A DNA stretch of 61,822 nt from Candidatus Shapirobacteria bacterium (GCA_026395335.1 JAPLYW010000015.1:1-61822), one strand, 5' to 3'; counted from the first letter of the stretch, positions 29,053 through 37,234 are shown. The notes: generated by a model from the sequence alone, not told the origin. Numbers and translations: made by a program.

Positions 29053-29673
29053 ATGGCGAGATGTTTAGGATCAAAATGTAAACAGTGTCGTCGGGAGAAG
29101 ATGAAACTCTTTTTAAAAGGAGAGCGTTGCTATATTCATTGTCCGATTGATAAAAAAGGAGCGGTACCACCTGGACAAAAAGGATCAAGAACATCTTTTA
29201 AAAGAATGAGTGATTATGGACGTCAATTAAGAGAAAAACAAAAAATTAAAAAAATTTATGGGATTTCCGAAAAACAGCTTAAGAATTATTTTAAAAAAGC
29301 TTTTAAAAATAAGCAATCGACGAGTGAATTTCTTTTACAAATGTTAGAAACAAGATTAGATAATGTTGTCTATCGTTTAAAATTTGCTCCGTCTCGCAGT
29401 CTGTCTCGTCAGATTGTTGACCATAAACATGTTTTGGTTGATGGGAAAAAAGTAAATATTCCTTCATATCAATTAAAACCAGAACAAATTATTAGTTTGA
29501 ACTCAAAAATTTTAGAAACAGCAGCGATAAAAAAATCTTTAGCCGAAAAAGCCAAAATGCCTGATTGGCTTAAAAGAAAAGCGGCTGTAGGCCAAATTGT
29601 TAGATTTCCTAAAAGAGATGAAATTGAAGCTGATATTGACGATCAATTAATTGTAGAATACTATTCACGATAG
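29053..29673 (+). CDS. rpsD: 30S ribosomal protein S4
   Basis: CKQCRREKMKLFLKGERC, YGRQLREKQK, LETRLDNVVYRL, S4 domain. Confidence 0.95.
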   Translation: MARCLGSKCKQCRREKMKLFLKGERCYIHCPIDKKGAVPPGQKGSRTSFKRMSDYGRQLREKQKIKKIYGISEKQLKNYFKKAFKNKQSTSEFLLQMLETRLDNVVYRLKFAPSRSLSRQIVDHKHVLVDGKKVNIPSYQLKPEQIISLNSKILETAAIKKSLAEKAKMPDWLKRKAAVGQIVRFPKRDEIEADIDDQLIVEYYSR

Positions 29674-29695
29674 TGGATAGAAGAAAGGATAAAAA

Positions 29696-30622
29696 ATGAT
29701 CGAACCAATTTTTAATATTAAAAGTGAACAAGAAACTGCCAATTTCGGTAAATTTATTATAGAACCTTTAGAGGAAGGTTTTGGCCAAACTCTAGGGAAT
29801 TCTTTACGTCGTGTTCTTTTGGCGGGTTTACCTGGAGCTGCCATTACCCAGATAAAAATTAATGGAGTCAAACATAAATTCTCGACTCTGGAAGGTATGA
29901 GCCAGGACATTATTGACCTGATTTTAAATTTAAAACAGGTTAGATTTAAGTATGATGGTGAAAAACCAGTCAAACTTGAATTAGAAAAAACCGGACCTGG
30001 ACAAATTAAGGCTGGTGATATTAAAACTTCAGCAGTTATTGAAGTTGTTAATAAAGACTTGGTTCTAGCTGATTTGGCTGATAAAAAAAGCAAATTAAAG
30101 TTAGAAATGGTGGTTGAAAAAGGTTTTGGTTATTTACCGGCTGAAACTAAAAAAAGCGAAAAATTAGGTGTAATGTCGGTTGATGCCGCTTTTAGTCCGG
30201 TTAAAAGAGTTAATTATCAAGTTGAATCAACTCGTGTTGGTCAAAGAACCGATCTTGATAAATTAATTTTAGAGATTACAACTGATGGGACAATTAAACC
30301 GAAAGAGGCGTTAAAAGCTAGCGCTAAGATTTTAATTGCCTTTTTCAATCAAGTTATTCAACCTAAAAAGGTTAGTTTAAAAGAAGAAGTGAAGCCTCAA
30401 GCATATGAAGAGGCGACAAAACTAACTTTAGAAGAGTTGGATTTGCCAACGAGAATTGTTAATGCTTTGCGTAAGACCGGCTATGGAACAGTTGCCGATC
30501 TTTTAGCTATTAATCCTGATAACTTGGCCAGAATTAAAAATCTGGGCGAAAAATCAATTAAAACTGTCCAGGCAGCTTTAGCCAAAAAGAATATCAAGTG
30601 GGAACCTGGAGAAAAAAAATAA
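29696..30622 (+). CDS. rpoA: DNA-directed RNA polymerase subunit alpha
   Basis: FGKFIIEPLEEGFGQTLGNSLRRVLL; C-terminal domain ELDLPTRIVNALRKTGYGTVADL. Confidence 0.96.
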   Translation: MIEPIFNIKSEQETANFGKFIIEPLEEGFGQTLGNSLRRVLLAGLPGAAITQIKINGVKHKFSTLEGMSQDIIDLILNLKQVRFKYDGEKPVKLELEKTGPGQIKAGDIKTSAVIEVVNKDLVLADLADKKSKLKLEMVVEKGFGYLPAETKKSEKLGVMSVDAAFSPVKRVNYQVESTRVGQRTDLDKLILEITTDGTIKPKEALKASAKILIAFFNQVIQPKKVSLKEEVKPQAYEEATKLTLEELDLPTRIVNALRKTGYGTVADLLAINPDNLARIKNLGEKSIKTVQAALAKKNIKWEPGEKK

Positions 30623-30778
30623 ACAAGTTTGTTTTTCGTAAAACTCGAATAAACAAGTTTTTCTCTCCGCCAACTGGCGGATCGAAATAAACAAGTTTGT
30701 TTTTTAGCAAAATAATGTTTTTATCAAGATAAGTAAGCTTGTTTTCACAGGCTCAAATAAACAAGTTTTTTTAATAAA
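30619..30778 (+). repeat. Array of five junction-repeat units filling the rpoA-rplQ spacer
   Basis: Units start at 30619, 30649, 30687, 30729 (degenerate) and 30757 with ATAA(A/G)nAAG(T/C)TT. Unit 2 carries TCTCCGCC-AACT-GGCGGATCGAAAT. Confidence 0.8.
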
Positions 30779-31231
30779 ATGAGACATCAAATTAAAGGTA
30801 AAAAACTTTCGCGCAATTCATCTCAAAGAAAGGCTTTGTTTAAAGGTCTGATAAACTCTTTGTTTATTCATGGGGCGATTGAAACAACTGAGAGTAAAGC
30901 CAAAGCGATTAGAGGTTTGGTTGATAAATTAATTACTAAAGGGAAAAAAGGTACTCTTCATTCTCGAAGATTAATTGGTGCTTTTTTACAGAACAAAAAA
31001 GTTGTTAATAAAATTGTTGATGAATTTGGGCCTCTTTTTGTTAAAAGAAGCAGTGGTTTCAGCCGGATGATTCGTTTAGGAAAAAGACGGGGAGATGACG
31101 CAATGATGGTTAAGCTGGAACTAATAGAAAAACCAGTAGTTAAAGTTGTAGAAGAAAAAGCTATTGTTACTAAAGCTAAAGATAAAAAGGAACAACCAGT
31201 TACTAAAATTGTAAAAACTAAGAAGAAATAA
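30779..31231 (+). CDS. rplQ: 50S ribosomal protein L17 with K-rich tail
   Basis: MRHQIKGKKLSRNSSQRKALFKGL, ETTESKAKAIRGLVDKLIT. Confidence 0.95.
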   Translation: MRHQIKGKKLSRNSSQRKALFKGLINSLFIHGAIETTESKAKAIRGLVDKLITKGKKGTLHSRRLIGAFLQNKKVVNKIVDEFGPLFVKRSSGFSRMIRLGKRRGDDAMMVKLELIEKPVVKVVEEKAIVTKAKDKKEQPVTKIVKTKKK

Positions 31232-31272
31232 GAACCTGCCTACGGCAGAACCTTGTTTTTCGAAGACTCAAA
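31229..31272 (+). repeat. Junction repeat, hairpin type (its TAA is the rplQ stop codon; ends at rplM ATG)
   Basis: TAAGAACC-TGCC-TAC-GGCA-GAACCTTGTTTTTCG-AAGACTCAAA-ATG. Confidence 0.8.
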
Positions 31273-31764
31273 ATGAAATTTAAAACTAAAGCTACCAAAG
31301 CTAACGAAATTAAAAGAGAATGGCATTTAATCGATGCCAAGGATCAGATTTTAGGTCGTATGGCTGTTAAAATCGCTTCATTGCTAATGGGTAAAGAAAA
31401 AACTTACTTAGTCAATTATTTGGATTGTGGTGATTATGTTGTAGTTATTAATGCCGAAAAGGTTCAAGTTACCGGTAGAAAGAGAGAACAAACGATTTTT
31501 TACCGTCATTCCGGTTATCCCGGGGGTTTTAAAGAAGTTAGTTTTAAACAGCAAATGGCTAAAGACCCAACTCAAATTATTCGTCATGCTGTTTCCGGTA
31601 TGCTGCCGAAAAATAAATTACGCGATATGAGACTTGCCAGATTAAAAATTTTTGCTGGTTCTAAGTATGATTTTGAAGATAAATTTGTGGTTAGCCCTAA
31701 AAAAGAAATTGTTTTAGATAAAGAAAAAGAAAGTAAAAAAGATGGAAAAACCAAAAAAGATTAA
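31273..31764 (+). CDS. rplM: 50S ribosomal protein L13
   Basis: REWHLIDAKDQILGRMA, GDYVVVINAEKV, YRHSGYPGG. Confidence 0.95.
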   Translation: MKFKTKATKANEIKREWHLIDAKDQILGRMAVKIASLLMGKEKTYLVNYLDCGDYVVVINAEKVQVTGRKREQTIFYRHSGYPGGFKEVSFKQQMAKDPTQIIRHAVSGMLPKNKLRDMRLARLKIFAGSKYDFEDKFVVSPKKEIVLDKEKESKKDGKTKKD

Positions 31765-32221
31765 AAAGATCAAACCAATAAAAGAAGTAAAAGAAAAAGT
31801 CAAAAAAACTTATATTTTTGCGGTTGGTCGTCGGAAAACGGCAGTCGCGCGAGTAAAATTAATCCGTGGTAAAGGCGAAACGCTTGTTAATGATAAAAAA
31901 ATTGCCGAATATTTTCCTGGCGAAATTTCTAAAAATGCTTATTCTCGTCCTTTTCAAGCTACAGAAACATTAGGTAAATATTATGCGATTATTAAAGTTA
32001 GCGGTTCCGGTCAAAATAGCCAATTAGGAGCGGTTGTTCATGGTTTATCCAGAGCTTTAGACAAAGATGATAAGCAAAGCTTGCTACTTCATAATAAAGA
32101 AACCTTTCATTCTTTATTAAAAAAAGAAAAACTTTTGACTCGTGATGGTCGTCAGCGGGAAAGAAGAAAAATCGGTCAAATGGGTCGGGCGAGGAAGAAA
32201 AAACAATCTCCAAAACGCTAA
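31742..32221 (+). CDS. rpsI: 30S ribosomal protein S9
   Basis: AVGRRKTAVARVKL, GSGQNSQLGAVVHGLSRAL, C-terminal KKKQSPKR. Overlaps the rplM tail. Confidence 0.93.
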   Translation: MEKPKKIKKIKPIKEVKEKVKKTYIFAVGRRKTAVARVKLIRGKGETLVNDKKIAEYFPGEISKNAYSRPFQATETLGKYYAIIKVSGSGQNSQLGAVVHGLSRALDKDDKQSLLLHNKETFHSLLKKEKLLTRDGRQRERRKIGQMGRARKKKQSPKR

Positions 32222-32245
32222 TCTTCTGTAATAGATAATTTTTTC

Positions 32246-32258
32246 AAAGAGTTATAAT
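32246..32258 (+). promoter_or_regulatory. AAAGAGTTATAAT promoter motif, 5 nt before ATG (leaderless architecture)
   Basis: TATAAT at 32253-32258, then TAGTT, then ATG at 32264. Confidence 0.5.
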
Positions 32259-32263
32259 TAGTT

Positions 32264-32455
32264 ATGAAATATCTAAAATTTATATTTCTAAACATATTAA
32301 ATGTAGTTATCCTTTATTTAATAGCTAAATTCTTCTTTTATCGTTTTGTTTATGACGAAAGAACGGCTGGAAATTTTTTATTATGTGTAATACTAATTTA
32401 TCCACCTCTTTGTGTTTTTCTATTTTATAGACTTAAATCTAAACTCCACCAATAA
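32264..32455 (+). CDS. Small hydrophobic membrane protein, hypothetical
   Basis: 63 aa with two predicted TM stretches and its own promoter motif. Confidence 0.45.
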   Translation: MKYLKFIFLNILNVVILYLIAKFFFYRFVYDERTAGNFLLCVILIYPPLCVFLFYRLKSKLHQ

Positions 32456-32468
32456 ATTTCTTGTTTTT

Positions 32469-32481
32469 AAAGAGTTATAAT
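32469..32481 (+). promoter_or_regulatory. AAAGAGTTATAAT promoter motif, 5 nt before ATG (leaderless architecture)
   Basis: TATAAT at 32476-32481, then CAGTT, then ATG at 32487. Confidence 0.5.
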
Positions 32482-32486
32482 CAGTT

Positions 32487-32951
32487 ATGTCCTTTACTGA
32501 TTTTTTTATGGAGAAAGAAAATAAATCTTTAATTTTAACAATCACTCAGGCAGTAGCGATGGTTTTGGCTCTTTTTACCGGACCTTTAATATCCAGTAAT
32601 CTTTTTTTTAGCTTTTTAGCTCTTTTAGGTTTAGGTATTTGGATTTGGTCTTTTGTAATTATGGTTCGTGAGGGGAGCTATAATATTCTGCCAAACCTAA
32701 GTAAAAAAAATAAATTAGTAACTAAAGGTCCTTATCATTTTGTTCGCCATCCAATTTACACTGGTATGTTTTTATTAGCCGGTTCTCTTTTATTGAATTA
32801 TTTAACAGTTTGGCGAATTGGTTTTTTCTTAGTTTTATTATTCAGTACCATACTTAAGTTGGAAGAAGAAGAAAAGATTTTAAATAAAAGTTTTGAAGAT
32901 TACCATCAATATCAGAAAAAGACAAAACGTTTAATCCCTTTTGTTTATTAA
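32487..32951 (+). CDS. Isoprenylcysteine carboxyl / phospholipid methyltransferase (ICMT/PEMT) family membrane protein
   Basis: LVTKGPYHFVRHPIYTGMFLL...EEEEKILNKSFEDYHQYQKKTKRLIP. Confidence 0.7.
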   Translation: MSFTDFFMEKENKSLILTITQAVAMVLALFTGPLISSNLFFSFLALLGLGIWIWSFVIMVREGSYNILPNLSKKNKLVTKGPYHFVRHPIYTGMFLLAGSLLLNYLTVWRIGFFLVLLFSTILKLEEEEKILNKSFEDYHQYQKKTKRLIPFVY

Positions 32952-33024
32952 AAATTCTTAAAAGAATTAATTATTTGGGACTAGTGGATTATAGGGGTTA
33001 TTCTCTTTTCTTAATTTTTAATAT

Positions 33025-34833
33025 TTAACGGCTATTTAATTTATTTGATAGCGCTTCTTGTTCTTTATAAAGAACCTCGTCTTGAGAAATATAATCATTT
33101 TCTGCTTTTGACAACCATTGATTAGCCTCCATTCGACTAATTATGGCTGTTATATTGGCAATTCTTTGTGAAATTATATTGTTTATCTTATCTACATCCG
33201 TCTTGTTTTCTTGATAGAATTTTTGATAGTTTTTTAAACCTGCCCATCCAGATTGAATTCCTTTTAATCCAGCCAAAGAAGGCTTCCAGGAATCTATATC
33301 AGTTTGTTTATAATTAGGTGGCACATAGCCTGCAAAGTGTTGAACGATTACTTGAGTGGGACAACCGTTTATTTCTCCCTCGACTTCGGCAATTCCTACT
33401 TCTTGGTAAGTTTTATCTAGTAAAAACTTTTTAGACTCTGGGAATTGGAATTGGTTATCAATCAGTTCTTCTGCTTCGTAGTAACCCTGCGTAGGTGCTT
33501 CTCCCCATACGATATTGGAGTAGTTAGCATCTCTCATGGCTTTCGACATTGTGTATCCGCTTTGGGTTGCTTCAAAGGAAAAGTCATCAAACTTTAAGAT
33601 AGTTTCACCTCGTTTATTAGCTGATTCTTCTAACTTTGGCTGATATTTTATTGGCTTGTCTCCAGCTTCTTTGCGTTTTTCATTGAGTAGTTCTAAGTAT
33701 TTGTCTTTATCAAGCTTAATTTTTGAAGCTTCGTCAAGGTCTTTTGAGGTATCTCTCCAGCCCTTATCCAGAATCCCAACTTGGTTTTTAAGAGGAAGAA
33801 CATGATTTATTGCTTCAATACTAACAAAACCTATTTCTCTAGAATCTCCGCTTCCTTTCCTATTGTCTCCCATAAAAAACACTGAATTTTCAGGTATAGT
33901 TACCCTCTTACATTCACTCAGAAAAGACTCTCCAAAAGTCGAACGTGCTTTTGCTGTGTATTGTTCTTTTAAAGGTTCGTCATTAAGATAAACAATGCCA
34001 CCTTTAAGTTCGATATTATCTCCAGGAAGCCCTATTATTCTTTTAATCCAACCTCCGTCAGTTCCGAACGATTCCTGATTTATCTCCCTTATTTTTTCAT
34101 TTTCAACAACCACTATATCTCCTCTGCCAATCTGATATCCAAAATACCTTTTCCCACCGATTACCAGCCCATTTGGGTAACGGATCATTCCTGGAGTTCC
34201 TACAATCTCTTTCGCCAGTTCTTTAGGGTCTTTCCCTTGTCCTTTGGGGAAAGTTGGAAACATTGAACCTGTACCCGCAACGGTTATTATTTCTGTCCCA
34301 TAATTCAGCCCCTCTTTAATTAACATTCCGGCGATAAAATATCCACCGACCCACATAGGGAGTAATGTTGCTGATATAGCAATAATTCCAACTAGTCTAC
34401 TAATTAGAGCCTTAGAGTTTATGGGTTTCAGATGTGAAAATTTGAACTCTTTCTTCTTAATCTTTAGGATGAAGTCTTTAACCCCGCTGACGTTGTAAAG
34501 CAAGAATAGAGGGAGAAAAGCTAATAGTATAATGGTTTTCAGGAGGAATTTGGATACTCCCTTAAATGATCTTTCAAATTTAATTATCTTCATTTTTAAT
34601 AAGGCATCTATAATAATCGAAAGTATTAATATCCCAAAAGATAGAACACCCAGACCTACTAACGAAAGAGAAAGTGTTGTAAATAGTTTAGAATTTCCCA
34701 GCTGCGTATCCTGAATTATTCCAGTAAACCATTTAGTCGCTGCTCCGAAAAGAATAATTACGGTGACGATACAGAAGATCCAAAGAACCGTAGAAATACG
34801 GGTAGACCAAAATAAAAATTTGTTTAGTTTCAT
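33025..34833 (-). CDS. lepB: Signal peptidase I (S26) fused to an N-terminal polytopic membrane domain and a C-terminal CAP/SCP-like domain
   Basis: GTGSMFPTF, RGDIVVV, IKRIIGLPGD, GDNRKGSGDSREIGFV. The C-terminal ~250 aa include LNEKRKEAG...YQPKLEESANKRGE...GEAPTQGYYEAEELIDNQF...VGIAEVEGEINGCPTQVIVQHFAG. Confidence 0.75.
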   Translation of the reverse strand: MKLNKFLFWSTRISTVLWIFCIVTVIILFGAATKWFTGIIQDTQLGNSKLFTTLSLSLVGLGVLSFGILILSIIIDALLKMKIIKFERSFKGVSKFLLKTIILLAFLPLFLLYNVSGVKDFILKIKKKEFKFSHLKPINSKALISRLVGIIAISATLLPMWVGGYFIAGMLIKEGLNYGTEIITVAGTGSMFPTFPKGQGKDPKELAKEIVGTPGMIRYPNGLVIGGKRYFGYQIGRGDIVVVENEKIREINQESFGTDGGWIKRIIGLPGDNIELKGGIVYLNDEPLKEQYTAKARSTFGESFLSECKRVTIPENSVFFMGDNRKGSGDSREIGFVSIEAINHVLPLKNQVGILDKGWRDTSKDLDEASKIKLDKDKYLELLNEKRKEAGDKPIKYQPKLEESANKRGETILKFDDFSFEATQSGYTMSKAMRDANYSNIVWGEAPTQGYYEAEELIDNQFQFPESKKFLLDKTYQEVGIAEVEGEINGCPTQVIVQHFAGYVPPNYKQTDIDSWKPSLAGLKGIQSGWAGLKNYQKFYQENKTDVDKINNIISQRIANITAIISRMEANQWLSKAENDYISQDEVLYKEQEALSNKLNSR

Positions 34834-34931
34834 TGTTTAATTATAAGTCTGGAGTTTAAGCTTTATCAAACTAAAGCAAAGTTTACCCAATCTTCGACAG
34901 AACTGACTACTACAATTTATTTTTCAGAAGT

Positions 34932-34959
34932 TTTACAGCCGAGGATTTTCTGATAAAAT
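34932..34959 (+). promoter_or_regulatory. guaA promoter with extended -10, 5 nt before ATG
   Basis: TTTACA (34932-34937), 16 nt, TGaTAAAAT (34951-34959), then GAAAT and ATG at 34965. Confidence 0.45.
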
Positions 34960-34964
34960 GAAAT

Positions 34965-36497
34965 ATGGTTGCCGTTTTAGATTTTGGCTCTCAATACACT
35001 CATCTTATCACAAGAAGGATTAGAGGATTAGGAGTAAAAGCTGAAATCTTTGATCATAACGTTAGCCGGAAAACTTTAGAAAAGTCCTCTATTGAAGGAA
35101 TAATTTTATCTGGTGGTCCTTCTTCCGTTTATAAAAAGAACTCTCCTCAAATAAAAAAGGATATTTTAGAACTCAATATTCCTATTTTAGGTATCTGCTA
35201 TGGATGTCAACTCTTAGTTTATTCTCTGAAGGGTTTGGTTAAATCAGGAAAGACTAGAGAATACGGTGAAGAAATAATCACAATTAAAAAAAATGACACA
35301 ATTTTTCAAGGTTTGAACAGAAAAGAACAAGTTTGGTTTTCTCATGGTGATACTGTTAAAAAACTTCCCAGTGGTTTTAAGGTTTTAGCAACCACCAAAA
35401 ATGCTCCAATAGCTGCTTATGCAAATTTAGATAAGAATATTTATGGTGTTCAATTTCATCCAGAGGTAGTACATACACCAAAAGGAAATAAAATATTAAA
35501 GAATTTTTTATTTAGAATTTGCCATGCTAAAAAAACTTGGAAAATAGATGACATTAAAAACGACTTAATTAAAAATCTAAAAAATGAAATAGGAGATCGA
35601 AAAGTTATATTAGGCGTTTCGGGTGGGGTTGATTCGACAGTTGCGGCACAACTTTTGTATAGGGCCATTAAAGATAATTTATATTGTGTTTTTATTGATA
35701 CAGGTCTTTTAAGGAAAAATGAGACTAATGAAGTGAGCGGGTTTTTTGAGAAATTAGGTTTTGGGAATTTTCGAAAAATTTCTGCGGAAGATAAATTCTT
35801 ATCTGCCTTGAAGGGAATTGTTGATCCTGAGCAAAAAAGAAAAATTTTTGCTAAAGTTTACTTTCAGGTTTTTATTGATGTTGTTAAAAAATTAGAGAAA
35901 AAGCATCAATTCCATTTTTTAGCTCAGGGGACAATTTACCCAGACCGGGTTGAATCGGGTAAAACTTCAAAAACTTCATCGCTTATTAAAACCCATCATA
36001 ATTTATCTGTCCCCAAAAAATTAGGATTGCAAATTATTGAACCTTTGAAGGATTTGTATAAGGATGAAGTACGTGAGCTAGGAAGAAGCATGGGCATTTC
36101 TGAACAATTATTAGGAAGACATCCTTTTCCGGGCCCTGGATTGGCTATAAGAATTTTAGGAGAGATTACTAAAGACAAAATTAAGATTTTACAAGAAGCT
36201 GATGCTATTTTTATTGAAGAATTAAAAAATTATGGATATTACCATAAAGTTTGGCAAGCTTTTGCTGCTCTTCTTCCGATAAAAGCTGTTGGGGTGATGG
36301 GTGATGAAAGAACGTATGATTTTATTGTTACTTTAAGAGCGGTAACAAGCCGAGATGCGATGACCGCTGATTGGGCAAATTTACCGAATGAACTTCTTAA
36401 GAAAATTTCCTCAAGGATTGTTAATCAAGTTAAGGGAGTTAATAGAGTGGTGTATGATATTTCTCAGAAACCTCCTGCCACTATCGAATATGAATAA
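34965..36497 (+). CDS. guaA: GMP synthase (glutamine-hydrolysing)
   Basis: 510 aa with VLDFGSQYTHLITRRIR, GICYGCQLL, GVSGGVDSTVAA, C-terminal SQKPPATIEYE. Confidence 0.96.
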   Translation: MVAVLDFGSQYTHLITRRIRGLGVKAEIFDHNVSRKTLEKSSIEGIILSGGPSSVYKKNSPQIKKDILELNIPILGICYGCQLLVYSLKGLVKSGKTREYGEEIITIKKNDTIFQGLNRKEQVWFSHGDTVKKLPSGFKVLATTKNAPIAAYANLDKNIYGVQFHPEVVHTPKGNKILKNFLFRICHAKKTWKIDDIKNDLIKNLKNEIGDRKVILGVSGGVDSTVAAQLLYRAIKDNLYCVFIDTGLLRKNETNEVSGFFEKLGFGNFRKISAEDKFLSALKGIVDPEQKRKIFAKVYFQVFIDVVKKLEKKHQFHFLAQGTIYPDRVESGKTSKTSSLIKTHHNLSVPKKLGLQIIEPLKDLYKDEVRELGRSMGISEQLLGRHPFPGPGLAIRILGEITKDKIKILQEADAIFIEELKNYGYYHKVWQAFAALLPIKAVGVMGDERTYDFIVTLRAVTSRDAMTADWANLPNELLKKISSRIVNQVKGVNRVVYDISQKPPATIEYE

Positions 36498-36537
36498 GAA
36501 TTTGTTGGGATTATGCAACTATTTTACGACCTTTCCC

Positions 36538-36594
36538 TATAAGCGTAGCTTGCAAACTTTGTTTATAAGCGTAGCTTGCAAACTTCGTTTATAA
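36538..36594 (+). repeat. 2.2 copies of a 26-nt tandem repeat, each containing the near-palindrome AGCTTGCAAACT
   Basis: TATAAGCGTAGCTTGCAAACTTTGTT, then TATAAGCGTAGCTTGCAAACTTCGTT, then TATAA. Confidence 0.85.
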
Positions 36595-36679
36595 TGATTG
36601 TTTCACAATTTTAATAGGTTGTTTAATTTTTTTACTGAGGTTAATGAGAGAAAAAGTAAATTAAAATTTGTTTGTTAGC

Positions 36680-36949
36680 TTAATCGATGTTAATGTCCGG
36701 ATAAGATTTTTGAGCATATTTTTCTGAACATTCGTTTGCCCTTATAATATATGGTTCACTCATATGGCCTAGCGTTTCTTGTAAATTCTCTATTTGTCGA
36801 TCAGAAATTAATTGTCCTGTAGATAAGTTTCTAAGAGTTTTTTTCCATCCCTCTATATTAAGACGAATTTTATTTATTTTTTTATCAGTTATTTTCTCAT
36901 CAGCTTTAATTTGTTTGGGGAAAACTTCTCTTATTATTTTTTCTGGGTC
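36680..36949 (-). other. 89-codon stop-free continuation in the same frame as the upstream ORF, beyond its TAA (split gene, readthrough candidate, or non-ATG-initiated ORF)
   Basis: Hand translation gives DPEKIIREVFPKQIKADEKITDKKINKIRLNIEGWKKTLRNLSTGQLISDRQIENLQETLGHMSEPYIIRANECSEKYAQKSYPDINID*. The only ATG/GTG/TTG before it is 27 codons from the end. Confidence 0.45.
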
Positions 36950-37234
36950 TTAGTGTTTTTCTATACGTTTAAGGATTGGATAGTCTGACCCTTTTTCAAT
37001 TATTTCCAAATCTTCTTCTAAATCTTTTTCTAAAAATTCGTATCCTTCAGATAGTAAATCTTTTACTCCTTCGATTGAGTCTCCCAGTCTAAACAGACCT
37101 AATCCAAGAGCGCCATCTGCTGCTCTAGAACCAATATTTATGAGCTGTTTTTTTTCTTTTAATAATTCATCGTCTGATTCTACTTTTGGTAAAAATCCTA
37201 CGGTGTTTCTTAAATATTCTTTATGATTTGGCAT
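36950..37234 (-). CDS. Hypothetical acidic protein (94 aa)
   Basis: ORF with a consensus promoter 6 nt upstream of its ATG. No recognisable family. Confidence 0.5.
   Translation of the reverse strand: MPNHKEYLRNTVGFLPKVESDDELLKEKKQLINIGSRAADGALGLGLFRLGDSIEGVKDLLSEGYEFLEKDLEEDLEIIEKGSDYPILKRIEKH

Noticed and set aside
28107-30778. Possibility that the tandem repeats (28107-28166, 30619-30778, 36538-36594) are CRISPR arrays.
   Set aside because: The units are directly abutting or separated by related sequence, with no unique spacers of constant length and only 2-5 units. No cas genes are present.
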